This document shows, one piece after another, positions 19,918 to 28,042 of a stretch of 33,452 bases of DNA (position 1 is the first letter of the stretch; each line of letters starts with the position of its first letter). The position numbers were made by a program, and so were the translations under genes. Source of the DNA: Kofleriaceae bacterium (GTDB taxonomy: Bacteria > Myxococcota_A > Polyangia > Haliangiales > Haliangiaceae); contig JBKJLC010000239.1 in NCBI GenBank assembly GCA_046597055.1, positions 1-33,452 of the forward strand, given 5' to 3'. The notes below the pieces were generated by a model. It did not search any database, was not told the DNA's origin, and saw only the letters and a program-made list of their open reading frames with translations.

Positions 19918-21801
19918 CCGATGGGTGCGCAAGAACTCGACGATCGCCTCCCACGTCACCGCGTGGCGCATCGCGGTCGTCGCATCCCAGCTGTTGTGCA
20001 GGGCGACGATCGCGCCGGTGCGGTCGAACAGCGCGCTGCCCGAGTGGCCCCAGTAGGTCCAGGCGTCGTGCTTGGCCCGACCGAGGTGTTGCCCGCCGGT
20101 GCGAGCGCCAGCGCGGAAGCCGCGGATCGTGCCGGTGGACACGTGCCAGGGCTGGTACCCGGTCGCGGCGCCATCGGGCGTCCGGGTGCCAGGTTGGCCC
20201 ACGATCGCGACGTCGGCCCCGGGCTTCGGCGCGGCCGCGGCCATCCGGGCCCACGGCAGCTCGGCCGCGCCCGCCAGCGCGACCAGCGCGAGGTCGAGGT
20301 CGGCGTCGAGGAAGGTACACACGCCCTGATACGAGCTTCCGTCCGGGAATCGGACAATGACGCGCGCGCCGACGGTGTCGACCACGTGGGCAGCGGTGAG
20401 CACGAGGCCGGCCGGGGCGAGGTTGACGCCCGAGCCGCCGCCGAGCTTGACCGTCGCCGGCTGCACCGCGCGGATCGCGGCGCGCCAGGCCGGGTCGGCG
20501 ATCTCGGCGTCGACCTTGCCCAGGTACCGATTGGTCGGCGGCGCGACCGGCGCGGTCGCCGCGGCCGGCGCCGTGCGGCGGGCCGGCAGCGCCAGGTCGA
20601 TGCGCGCCCGCGCCGCCGCGAACCCACGCTCGGTCGCGGCGCTGATCGACCACTGACCGGCGATGTAGCGGTGGTAGCGCGCGAGCAGCCCGCGCAGGCG
20701 CGCGCCGGCGTTGGCCCGCGCGATCGGGGTGGCGGCGCTCGCGCCGGCGTGGGCCGCGAGCTGCTCGGCGGCCGCGCCGAACCGGGCGAGGTCGGCGCGC
20801 AGGGCCCGGTTGCCACCGTCGGCGTCCTGCTGGTACCAGACCACGAAGCGCGGCTCACCGTCGGGCGCGATGCGGGCCGACAGCGCCTGGTATGCGGCCT
20901 CGACCGCGGCGGCGAACCGGGTGGCGCCCGGCCCCCGGCCCGGACCGCGGCCGAGCGCGATCGCGACCAGCCAGGCCGGGTCGGGGCCGGGCGCCGCCAC
21001 GGTCCCGGCCGCCTGGTACTGGGCGAGCACGTGGAGGATGCGCTGGCTGCCGGCGAGCTCGGGCCGCATCGCGGCCTGCCACAGGCCGGTGGTCAGGTTC
21101 GCCATCAGCCAGCGCGCGGTCTCGGCCTGATCTTCGCCCGGGCTCTTGACGGCGTACGCGCTGACCGCGTCGACCAGCGGGTCGCCGGCCTGCGCGGCGA
21201 GCGCCTCGCGATCGGCGGTGGTGAGCGCGAGCGCCGGGTACCGGTGCGTGCCGGCCACCGCCCCAGCGAACCGCGCGTCATCGCCGGTGAACGCCGCGCG
21301 TCCGATCGCGCAGCCCTCGGCGGCGTCGATGTGGTGATAGACCTCGTGGTGAAAGGTGAGCGGCAGCTGGCCGTCGCCGTAGTAGGCCGCGACCACCGCG
21401 TCCTTGCCGTTCCACATCCCGTAGAAGAGGTAGCCCTGCTGCGCGCGGTCGTGAGGACGGAAGCCGTCTCCAGTGTTCGACACCAGCGCATCGAACACGC
21501 CGACCTGGTGCAGGCCGAGCGCACCGAGCCAGCCCGGCGGATACTTGGCGGCCTCGGCCAGCAAGATCTTGGCGGCCGCGACCCGGCGGGTGGAGGCCAG
21601 CTCCGGCATCCGGTCGTACCAGCCGCCCGCCGGCAGCTCGGCCGCGGCGAACACCAGCCGGGTGCCGGTGCGGGCGGCGAAGGCCTCGGTCAGCTGTTCG
21701 AGCTCGGTGGCCGCCGGCGCCGCGCCGGCCCGGCGGCTCGAGGAACCCGCGGTGGAGACCAGCGCGGCGGCGACGGCGACAGCGGTGCGGATGGAGTTCA
21801 T
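19915..21801 (-). CDS. Secreted zincin-like metallopeptidase fused to a trypsin-like serine protease
   Basis: Signal peptide; 'FHHEVYHHID...VSAYAVKSPGEDQAET'; C-terminal 'LTAAHVV...DLALV...YWGHSGSALFD' His/Asp/Ser triad. Confidence 0.85.
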   Translation of the reverse strand: MNSIRTAVAVAAALVSTAGSSSRRAGAAPAATELEQLTEAFAARTGTRLVFAAAELPAGGWYDRMPELASTRRVAAAKILLAEAAKYPPGWLGALGLHQVGVFDALVSNTGDGFRPHDRAQQGYLFYGMWNGKDAVVAAYYGDGQLPLTFHHEVYHHIDAAEGCAIGRAAFTGDDARFAGAVAGTHRYPALALTTADREALAAQAGDPLVDAVSAYAVKSPGEDQAETARWLMANLTTGLWQAAMRPELAGSQRILHVLAQYQAAGTVAAPGPDPAWLVAIALGRGPGRGPGATRFAAAVEAAYQALSARIAPDGEPRFVVWYQQDADGGNRALRADLARFGAAAEQLAAHAGASAATPIARANAGARLRGLLARYHRYIAGQWSISAATERGFAAARARIDLALPARRTAPAAATAPVAPPTNRYLGKVDAEIADPAWRAAIRAVQPATVKLGGGSGVNLAPAGLVLTAAHVVDTVGARVIVRFPDGSSYQGVCTFLDADLDLALVALAGAAELPWARMAAAAPKPGADVAIVGQPGTRTPDGAATGYQPWHVSTGTIRGFRAGARTGGQHLGRAKHDAWTYWGHSGSALFDRTGAIVALHNSWDATTAMRHAVTWEAIVEFLRTHR

Positions 21802-22038
21802 GGTAGCTCGGTGGGCGGGGGGTGGCAGGCGGAAATCCAGCGGCGGCTCGCAACCAGCCCGCTTCGCTCGGCGCAGCGTGCCGCGAACCGCGGCTCCGAT
21901 CGACGGCGCCCCCGGGCCTGGATTCACGTCTGACGCGGGCCTTACCCGCGCCGCGATGGCGCGCGCCGACACGCCACCGACGGGTTCGGTGGCGCGGCGA
22001 CGGCGCGCGCGATCCGACCGGCGCACCGCGCTTCGAGA

Positions 22039-22066
22039 TTGACGTCCGCGCGAAAATCCGTAGTGT
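22039..22066 (+). promoter_or_regulatory. Sigma70-type promoter
   Basis: TTGACG (22039-44) - 16 nt - TAGTGT (22061-66). Confidence 0.6.
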
Positions 22067-22094
22067 GCGCGGACCTCACCGGAGGTGGATCGTC

Positions 22095-22139
22095 ATGCGA
22101 AGCAAGCTCCTCGTCGATGCTGCGACCGTCCGCGCCTGA
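22095..22139 (+). CDS. Putative leader peptide MRSKLLVDAATVRA
   Basis: GGAGGT at 22081-86, ATG 22095, TGA 22137-39 inside a hairpin loop; lies between the promoter and the RbfA-like gene. Confidence 0.55.
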   Translation: MRSKLLVDAATVRA

Positions 22140-22215
22140 CCCGCGCGGAGAGTCGACGTTCGCCATGTGACGTTCCATCAGGGTGCCGCGCCGTGCGCGG
22201 CCCATCAGGAGAGAC

Positions 22216-22554
22216 ATGTCCAAGCCACACCGGCCGCGTGCCGGGGTGGATCCGAAAGATCGCCAGGTCTGCCGCCAGGTCGCCGACGCCGTCGGCTTCT
22301 TCCTGGCGGAGAGCGACGACCCCGTCCTCACCGAGCTCTACGTGGTCCAGGTCGACCCCGCGCCGTCCGCGGCCCGGGTCCTGGTCACGCTGGTGCCGGC
22401 GCACGACGAGGTCGACGCCGCGCTCGCGCTCGTCCGGCTGCGCGACCATCGCGACGACCTCCGTGAGGAGGTTGCCGCCGAGGTCCACCGCCGGCGCGCG
22501 CCCGAGCTGATCTTCCGGATCGCATCCCGCACTGACTGGCCGGGCGTCGTCTGA
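22216..22554 (+). CDS. RbfA-like (ribosome-binding factor A paralogue, KH-type fold)
   Basis: AGGAG RBS; 'QVCRQV...DDPVLTELYVVQVDPAPSAARVLVTL...LREEVAAEVHRRRAPELIF' parallels RbfA DP...VtxV.vs.Dl...PeLxF; not in infB/truB context. Confidence 0.75.
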   Translation: MSKPHRPRAGVDPKDRQVCRQVADAVGFFLAESDDPVLTELYVVQVDPAPSAARVLVTLVPAHDEVDAALALVRLRDHRDDLREEVAAEVHRRRAPELIFRIASRTDWPGVV

Positions 22555-22561
22555 CGCCCAC

Positions 22562-22595
22562 GCGATGGCCGCCGCCGGGCGGCCATCGCCCTTTT
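22562..22595 (+). terminator. Intrinsic terminator after the RbfA-like gene
   Basis: 12-bp stem GCGATGGCCGCC / GGCGGCCATCGC, 4-nt loop, then CCTTTT. Confidence 0.65.
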
Positions 22596-22645
22596 CGGCC
22601 TCGGCGCCCCGAGGTCGCGGCGTATGCTGCGCCCGGAGGATTCCC

Positions 22646-23179
22646 ATGGCGCGTCGCATCTCGTGGTGGAAGGTCGTCTCGGTGGTGGGGCTCGGCGTGG
22701 TGGTCGCGCGGGGCGGCGGGACCTGCAACGGCGGCTGCAAGACCGACGCGGCGCTGCCCGACGAGCAGCTGGCCGGCCACTTCCGCGCGCTGTGCGAGAT
22801 CGCCGCGGATGGCATCGACGCACCCGAGGCCGGGGTGAAGCACCTGATGCGCTATCACGGCGATCACGGCCCGGCGATGCTCGAAGACTTCGGCGCGACC
22901 CTCGTCATCATCGAGCGGATCGACGACGACACCGCGCACGATCGCCGGGCCCGGGCCGCGCGCGACCGGCTGCACGCGCCGCTGGTGGCGTGCCAGGCGA
23001 CCTGGCAGCAGTTCAGCGAGGCGGTCGAGAACGACCCGGCGGCCAGCCAGCACCTCGAGCGCGGGATGGAGCGGCTCGGCCGCACGCTCGGGATCCTGCT
23101 CGGCGAGGACGCCGCGCTGCGGCGGTGGCCGCTCGTGATCGGCGGACGCCTCGACGCCGCGCTGACGCCGCGCCGGTAG
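22646..23179 (+). CDS. Hypothetical membrane-anchored/exported helical protein
   Basis: GGAGG RBS; N-terminal hydrophobic segment; GC3 bias. Confidence 0.7.
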   Translation: MARRISWWKVVSVVGLGVVVARGGGTCNGGCKTDAALPDEQLAGHFRALCEIAADGIDAPEAGVKHLMRYHGDHGPAMLEDFGATLVIIERIDDDTAHDRRARAARDRLHAPLVACQATWQQFSEAVENDPAASQHLERGMERLGRTLGILLGEDAALRRWPLVIGGRLDAALTPRR

Positions 23180-23197
23180 CCGGCACCGACGGGCCGG

Positions 23198-23755
23198 TCA
23201 GCTGCCGGCCGGCGTGAACGCGATGGCGCTGTAGGCCACCGCCTCGGCGTGGCCGGGGTTGTGATACGCGTGGCGCTGGTCGCCACGAAAGACCACGACG
23301 TCGCCGGGCTCGAGCAAGAACCGCTCGCCAGCGACGTAGAGCTCGACGGTGCCGCGCTCGCACGCCAGGTACTCGCGGGTGCCGGGTGCGTGCGGCACGC
23401 CCGGCATGCGGGCGCCGGCCAGCAGCGCCAGGCGCTCGAGGTCGAGCCCGGGCAACGGCTCGGGCAGCAGCTTGCGAACGGTGACCGGCCCGCGCCGTCG
23501 CACCGGCAGGTCGGCCGCGCGCAGGTGGCGCACCGGCGTGCGCGGCGAGGCCAGCAGCTCGTCGACCCGGATCTGCAGCGCGGCCGCGACCCGGACCAGC
23601 ACCGCCAGGGTCGGGTTCGCGGTCCCCGACTCGAGGTGCGACCAGGTCGCGCGCGGGATGCCGGCGACGGTCGCCATCTGCTGCTGTGATAGGCCGCGCG
23701 CCTCGCGGATGGCGCGGACGTTGGCTGCCAGGTGATCGCTCTCGGGCTCGCCCAT
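23198..23755 (-). CDS. XRE-family HTH + cupin transcriptional regulator
   Basis: 'LAANVRAIREARGLSQQQMA...LESGTANPTL'; cupin 'PHAPGTREYL...GDVVVFRGDQRHAYHN'. Confidence 0.92.
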   Translation of the reverse strand: MGEPESDHLAANVRAIREARGLSQQQMATVAGIPRATWSHLESGTANPTLAVLVRVAAALQIRVDELLASPRTPVRHLRAADLPVRRRGPVTVRKLLPEPLPGLDLERLALLAGARMPGVPHAPGTREYLACERGTVELYVAGERFLLEPGDVVVFRGDQRHAYHNPGHAEAVAYSAIAFTPAGS

Positions 23756-23768
23756 GGTTTGGCCTTCC

Positions 23769-23782
23769 GCCAAGGGATTGGC
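23769..23782. promoter_or_regulatory. Candidate operator palindrome
   Basis: GCCAA-GGGA-TTGGC in the short divergent intergenic region. Confidence 0.4.
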
Positions 23783-23835
23783 ACCCATGGTGACATAGTA
23801 GCGGCGGCGATGCAGGCTGGGTCCAGGAGGTACTC

Positions 23836-24642
23836 ATGGACACGACCGAAAGATTCGAGCTGCGCGGACGGGCGGCGCTGGTGACCGGAGCCAGCCGGGG
23901 CCTGGGTGCGGCGCTGGCGGCGGCGCTGGCGGCGGCCGGGGCCCGGGTGGTGGCGGTCGCGCGCGGCGAGGACGCGCTGCGGGCAACCGTGGCCGCGATC
24001 CGCGCCGCCGGCGGCGAGGCCCACGCGATCGTCGCGGACATCGCGGACCAGGAGGCGGTCGCGCGCATCGCCGGGCAGGCCGCGGCCCTGGTCGGGCCGA
24101 TCGAGGTCGCGATCCACAACGCCAGCACGCTGGGGCCAACCCCGCTGCGGCTGTTGCTCGACACCGACTGCGAGGACCTGGCCGCGGTGCTCGAGACCAA
24201 CCTGGTCGGCCCGTTCCGGCTGACCAAGCTGCTGGCCGGCGCGATGGTGCTGCGCGGTGAAGGCGTGCTGGTCCACGTCAGCTCGGACGCCGCGGTCGAG
24301 CCGTATCCGCACTGGGGCGCGTACGGGGCCTCGAAGGCCGGCCAGGATCACCTCGCGCGGATCCTCGCGGCCGAGCTCGCCGGCACCGGGGTCCGGGTGC
24401 TCGCGGTCGACCCAGGCGAGATGGACACCACCATGCACGCGGCCGCGGTGCCGGAGGCCGACCGGTCGACGCTGGCGCGGCCCGAGCTGGTCGCGGCGCG
24501 GATCGTCGCGATGATCCGCGAGCCGGGCCGGGCCGCGAGCGGGACCCGGCTGGTCGCGGCCGGCTTCCCGGTGGTGGCGCCGGAGGTGGCGTCGGAGGGG
24601 ATCGCGGCCGCGCTGGCGCCGGTGGTCGAGGTCGGCGCGTGA
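23836..24642 (+). CDS. SDR-family oxidoreductase
   Basis: AGGAGG RBS; 'LVTGASRGLG', 'HNASTLG', 'VSSDAA', 'WGAYGASKA', 'DPGEMDT'. Confidence 0.93.
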   Translation: MDTTERFELRGRAALVTGASRGLGAALAAALAAAGARVVAVARGEDALRATVAAIRAAGGEAHAIVADIADQEAVARIAGQAAALVGPIEVAIHNASTLGPTPLRLLLDTDCEDLAAVLETNLVGPFRLTKLLAGAMVLRGEGVLVHVSSDAAVEPYPHWGAYGASKAGQDHLARILAAELAGTGVRVLAVDPGEMDTTMHAAAVPEADRSTLARPELVAARIVAMIREPGRAASGTRLVAAGFPVVAPEVASEGIAAALAPVVEVGA

Positions 24643-25775
24643 CCGCCCTCGGAGCCGGCTGGATCGAGCGCGATCAGGTGCGGCTGGTGGTGGTCGACCG
24701 CAACCGGCGCGACGCCGGCGCGATCGCGCTGACCGGGTTCGCCGCCCTGCCCGGCCTGCTCGGCCCCGGCGACGTGGTGGTGGTCAACGACGCGGCCACC
24801 CTGCCCGCGGCGCTGCGCGGGACCACCGCCGACGGCGCCGCGATCGAGGCGCGGCTGGTGGCGCCGGTGACCTCGGCGCAGGTCGAGGTGGTCCTGCTCG
24901 GTGCGGGCGACCACACCACGCCGACCGAGCAGCGGCCGGCGCCACCCGCGCTCGGGATCGGCGATCGCGTGCGGTTCGGAGCCGTTGGCGACGAGCTCGA
25001 CGCGCGGGTGATCGCGATCAGCGGCCGGCGCGCGACGCTCGCGCTCGATCGCGAGGGCGACGCGCTGTGGCAGGCGCTCTACCGCGCCGGCCGCCCGGTG
25101 CAGTACGCGCACCGTCGCGAGCCGCTGCCGCTGTGGGCGGTGCAGACCGCGTACGCGGGACGGCCGTGGGCGTCGGAGATGCCGTCGGCCGGCCGGCCGC
25201 TGACGTGGGCGCTGCTGCTCGCGCTCCGGCGTGGTGGGGTCGCGGTCGCGACCCTCACCCACGCGGCCGGGCTGTCGTCGACCGGCGACGCCGCGCTCGA
25301 TGCCGGCTTGCCGTGGCCGGAGCGCTACGACATCCCGGCGCGCACCGCCGCGCTGGTCAACGGCGCGAGCCGGACCGGCGGCCGGGTGATCGCGGTCGGG
25401 ACCACCGTGGTGCGTGCGCTCGAGGCCGCGGCGCTCGCGCGCGGCGGGGTGGTGGCCGGGACCGGCGTCGCCGAGCTGGTGATCACCCCCGCGCACGTGC
25501 TGCGCGCGGTCGACGGCGTGATCAGCGGGCTGCACGGCCCGACCGAGAGCCACCACCGGCTGCTCCGGGCGTTCGCCACCGAAGCGGCGCTGGCGGCGGC
25601 GCTCGCCACCGCGACCGCGGCCGGGCTGCAGGGGCACGAGCTCGGCGACGCGATGCTGATCGCCCCCGACGTGCTGCCGGCGCTCGCGCCGACCGCGACC
25701 GTGGCAGACTCGCGCCATGGCGTCCGACGAAGAGATCCTCAGGGCCGCGAACCGGTTCTTCTCCAAGGTCGGTAG
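24639..25775 (+). CDS. QueA-like (SAM:tRNA ribosyltransferase-isomerase family) paralogue
   Basis: 'GDVVVVNDAATLPA', 'PVQYAH', 'QTAYA', 'EMPSAGRP', 'LTHAAG', 'VIAVGTTVVRALE', 'HELGDAMLI'; GTGA-coupled to the SDR. Confidence 0.88.
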   Translation: MTALGAGWIERDQVRLVVVDRNRRDAGAIALTGFAALPGLLGPGDVVVVNDAATLPAALRGTTADGAAIEARLVAPVTSAQVEVVLLGAGDHTTPTEQRPAPPALGIGDRVRFGAVGDELDARVIAISGRRATLALDREGDALWQALYRAGRPVQYAHRREPLPLWAVQTAYAGRPWASEMPSAGRPLTWALLLALRRGGVAVATLTHAAGLSSTGDAALDAGLPWPERYDIPARTAALVNGASRTGGRVIAVGTTVVRALEAAALARGGVVAGTGVAELVITPAHVLRAVDGVISGLHGPTESHHRLLRAFATEAALAAALATATAAGLQGHELGDAMLIAPDVLPALAPTATVADSRHGVRRRDPQGREPVLLQGR

Positions 25776-26283
25776 CGCGGTGAAACAGGCCGGCGGCGCC
25801 GCCAAGCGCGCCGGCCAGCAGGTCACCGGCGTCGGCCGGGGCACCGTCCACGTCGGGGTCGACCGGACCCGTCATCAGCACGGCGGTGACATCTGCGGCA
25901 ACGTCGCGCTGGTGCTGGCCGAGTCGGTCGAGGCCAAGCGCCTGATCGTGACGCTGCGCGCGACCCAGCGCTCGGTCGACTACCACCGCACCGGCGCCGT
26001 CCGCACGGTCGGCACCTCGAACCCGACCCGCTACGAGCAGGTCCAGGAGCTCGCCGGCGCGCGCACCTACGGCAGCGAGAGCTTCCCGTTCACGCTGCCG
26101 ATCCCGAAGGACACCAGCGATCGCAAGCCGGGCGCGCCGGTCGGACGCATCGGCGACGTCGCCCGCGCGGTGTCGTCGGTGGTCGCGCCGACCACCGGCC
26201 CGATCCAGTGGCGGCTCACCGCCACGCTGGTGGTGCCGTGGGGTCGCGACCTCGACCACGGGGTCGATCTGGTCGTCGACTGA
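25717..26283 (+). CDS. Arrestin/Spo0M-like beta-sandwich protein
   Basis: Amphipathic N-helix then 'GVGRGTVHVGVD...GGDICGNVAL...KRLIVTL...FPFTLPIP...IQWRLTATLVVPWGRDL'. Confidence 0.65.
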   Translation: MASDEEILRAANRFFSKVGSAVKQAGGAAKRAGQQVTGVGRGTVHVGVDRTRHQHGGDICGNVALVLAESVEAKRLIVTLRATQRSVDYHRTGAVRTVGTSNPTRYEQVQELAGARTYGSESFPFTLPIPKDTSDRKPGAPVGRIGDVARAVSSVVAPTTGPIQWRLTATLVVPWGRDLDHGVDLVVD

Positions 26284-26339
26284 TCGCGACCGGCCGCGCC
26301 CCGCCGCTCGGCCCGCGATCGCGCCCGCCGGCGGATCGG

Positions 26340-27071
26340 TCAGCGACCGATCGGCTGCCCGGCGTCGTCGATCATGTGATCGAAGGTGAGATCGGCGGTG
26401 AGCTGACCGAGCGCGGCGGCGCGCAGCGCGGCGGCGTCGATCGCGGTCAGCCCCTCGACGCCGATCGAGACCTCGGCGACGATGGCATGGACCTGCTCGG
26501 TGCACGTCGTCGTGCACGAGGCGCGGGCGGTGGCCTCGGCGGTGGCGCGACAGCTGACCTGATCGACCTGGCCAGCGCAGGTCGCCTCGGCGTCGCTGCG
26601 CGCGCTCGCCTCGCAGTACGATGCGCAGTTGCGCGTGGTTGCGGCGAGCTCGGCGCGGGCGGTGACGCGGGTGACGAGCTGCACAGTCAGCGCCGGGATC
26701 GCGCAGCCGGACGGGGTCTGCAGCGACGCGACCGCCGCGCCGAAGCCACCGGCGTACGCGCCATCGTCGTCGATCGCGAGCTCGCCCGCGTAGCGCGCCT
26801 CGAACTGGCCGGCCAGGCCGTCGGCGCAGGTCGCCGCCATGCCGGTCAGCACCGCCTGGCCCTCGACGCTGACCGCGAGCGTAGCCTCCTGCGCCGGCGG
26901 TCGCGCGGGCGCGCGCGGCGCGCCACTCGGGTCGGTGTCGGCATCGCCGTAGCGCGCGGCGCCGACCACCGCGTCATCGCCGGAGCTCCCATCGTCGCCA
27001 CCGGTACATGCCGCGGTCGCGGCGAGGATCGTCACGAACAAGGTCGAAGCGAGCGTGAGGTGGTGCTGCAT
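26340..27071 (-). CDS. Cys-rich hypothetical lipoprotein
   Basis: Lipobox 'ATAAC'; repeated Cys pairs 'CASYC...C...C...CTTTC'. Confidence 0.75.
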   Translation of the reverse strand: MQHHLTLASTLFVTILAATAACTGGDDGSSGDDAVVGAARYGDADTDPSGAPRAPARPPAQEATLAVSVEGQAVLTGMAATCADGLAGQFEARYAGELAIDDDGAYAGGFGAAVASLQTPSGCAIPALTVQLVTRVTARAELAATTRNCASYCEASARSDAEATCAGQVDQVSCRATAEATARASCTTTCTEQVHAIVAEVSIGVEGLTAIDAAALRAAALGQLTADLTFDHMIDDAGQPIGR

Positions 27072-27084
27072 GCCCCGGGACCAA

Positions 27085-27100
27085 AGCACCCGGCGTGCCG
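27085..27100 (-). promoter_or_regulatory. Putative sigma54 promoter
   Basis: Minus strand CGGCACG-CCGG-GTGCT; GG-N10-GC; predicted +1 about 27074, ATG 27071. Confidence 0.5.
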
Positions 27101-27221
27101 GATGGCCTTGCGCCGACTTGCGCGCACGCAGTCGCTCGCGCCACGACGCCGCTGTCAGCCGGCGAGGCGCGCCCGCGCAGAGAGACGTGCGTGAGGCGTG
27201 AGGCGTGCGGGAGGTCGAGCG

Positions 27222-27533
27222 CTACGCGCCGCGTGCCAGATCCGCGAGCTGCGTCTTCGGATCGAGGTACGCCTTGAGCTTGCCGTAGATGTACTCGCTG
27301 GCCTTCTTGCGCCACAGGAAGCCCGGGTCCTCGCCGCGGAACTTGACGGTGGCGGCGTCGATGCGCATCTCGCCATCGATCTTGACCACCAGGTATTTCC
27401 CGGCGAACCGCGCCCGATCGGCGTCGGCCCAGGTCACCTTGATGCCATGACGGTTGTGGAGGTACTCGCCCAGGACCGCGAGGCGGGCGCGAACGTCGTC
27501 GATCGGCAGCTCGTGCTTGAAGTCGATCTCCAT
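27222..27533 (-). CDS. Putative polyhydroxyalkanoic acid system (PHA_gran_rgn-like) protein
   Basis: 'IDFKHELPIDDVRARL...GIKVTW...ARF...IDGEMRID...V' fits the size and pattern of this ~100 aa family. Confidence 0.6.
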   Translation of the reverse strand: MEIDFKHELPIDDVRARLAVLGEYLHNRHGIKVTWADADRARFAGKYLVVKIDGEMRIDAATVKFRGEDPGFLWRKKASEYIYGKLKAYLDPKTQLADLARGA

Positions 27534-27622
27534 CGGATTCAGCCTACCGTACTCCAAGGCGATGCGTATCCGTCTCGCCGCATCCGGGCGGGCCGGTTGG
27601 CCGATCGCCGGTTGCGCCGGCG

Positions 27623-27982
27623 CTACTTCGCCGGGGCGCCGCGGGCGGCGGCGCGCTCGAGCAGCTGGCGCTGCTCGCCCGACAGACTGGCCTCGCAGCC
27701 CTGGAACGCCAGCTGGCTGACCGCGTCAGCGAAGCAGGCGCGCGCGGCGACGCTCCACCGGTCTTCGCGGCAGGCGCGGACCATGCTGTCGCGCATGGGG
27801 GCGACCAGGCCTTCGACGCCGTCGCGCAGCTGCGGATCCATCGCCGAGCCCTGGCGGGACAGATCCTCGCGCGCGATCGCGATGAAGCGCGCGCCGACCT
27901 GATCGCAGCTGCGCTCGCCGGCCGGCTGCCGCTTGCACCCGGCCAGCGCGACGAGGACGACGAGCACGGACCGGGTGCGCAC
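27623..27982 (-). CDS. Small helical lipoprotein with paired cysteines
   Basis: GTG start, lipobox 'ALAGC'; 'SCDQV...ACREDRWS...ACF...GCEASL'. Confidence 0.7.
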   Translation of the reverse strand: MRTRSVLVVLVALAGCKRQPAGERSCDQVGARFIAIAREDLSRQGSAMDPQLRDGVEGLVAPMRDSMVRACREDRWSVAARACFADAVSQLAFQGCEASLSGEQRQLLERAAARGAPAK

Positions 27983-28042
27983 GTCGCGTGTTATCGACGG
28001 CTGCGTGGTGACTGTCAAGGAAGCCGGGACGTAGGATGGGCC

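Noticed and set aside
22216..22554. Naming the gene canonical rbfA
   Set aside because: Divergent sequence, not in the infB-rbfA-truB context.
24639..25775. Naming the gene queA
   Set aside because: Signature motifs diverge and context is SDR/XRE rather than tgt.
27186..27210. GCGTGAG heptamer repeats downstream of a gene
   Set aside because: Only 2-3 units; insufficient evidence of function.
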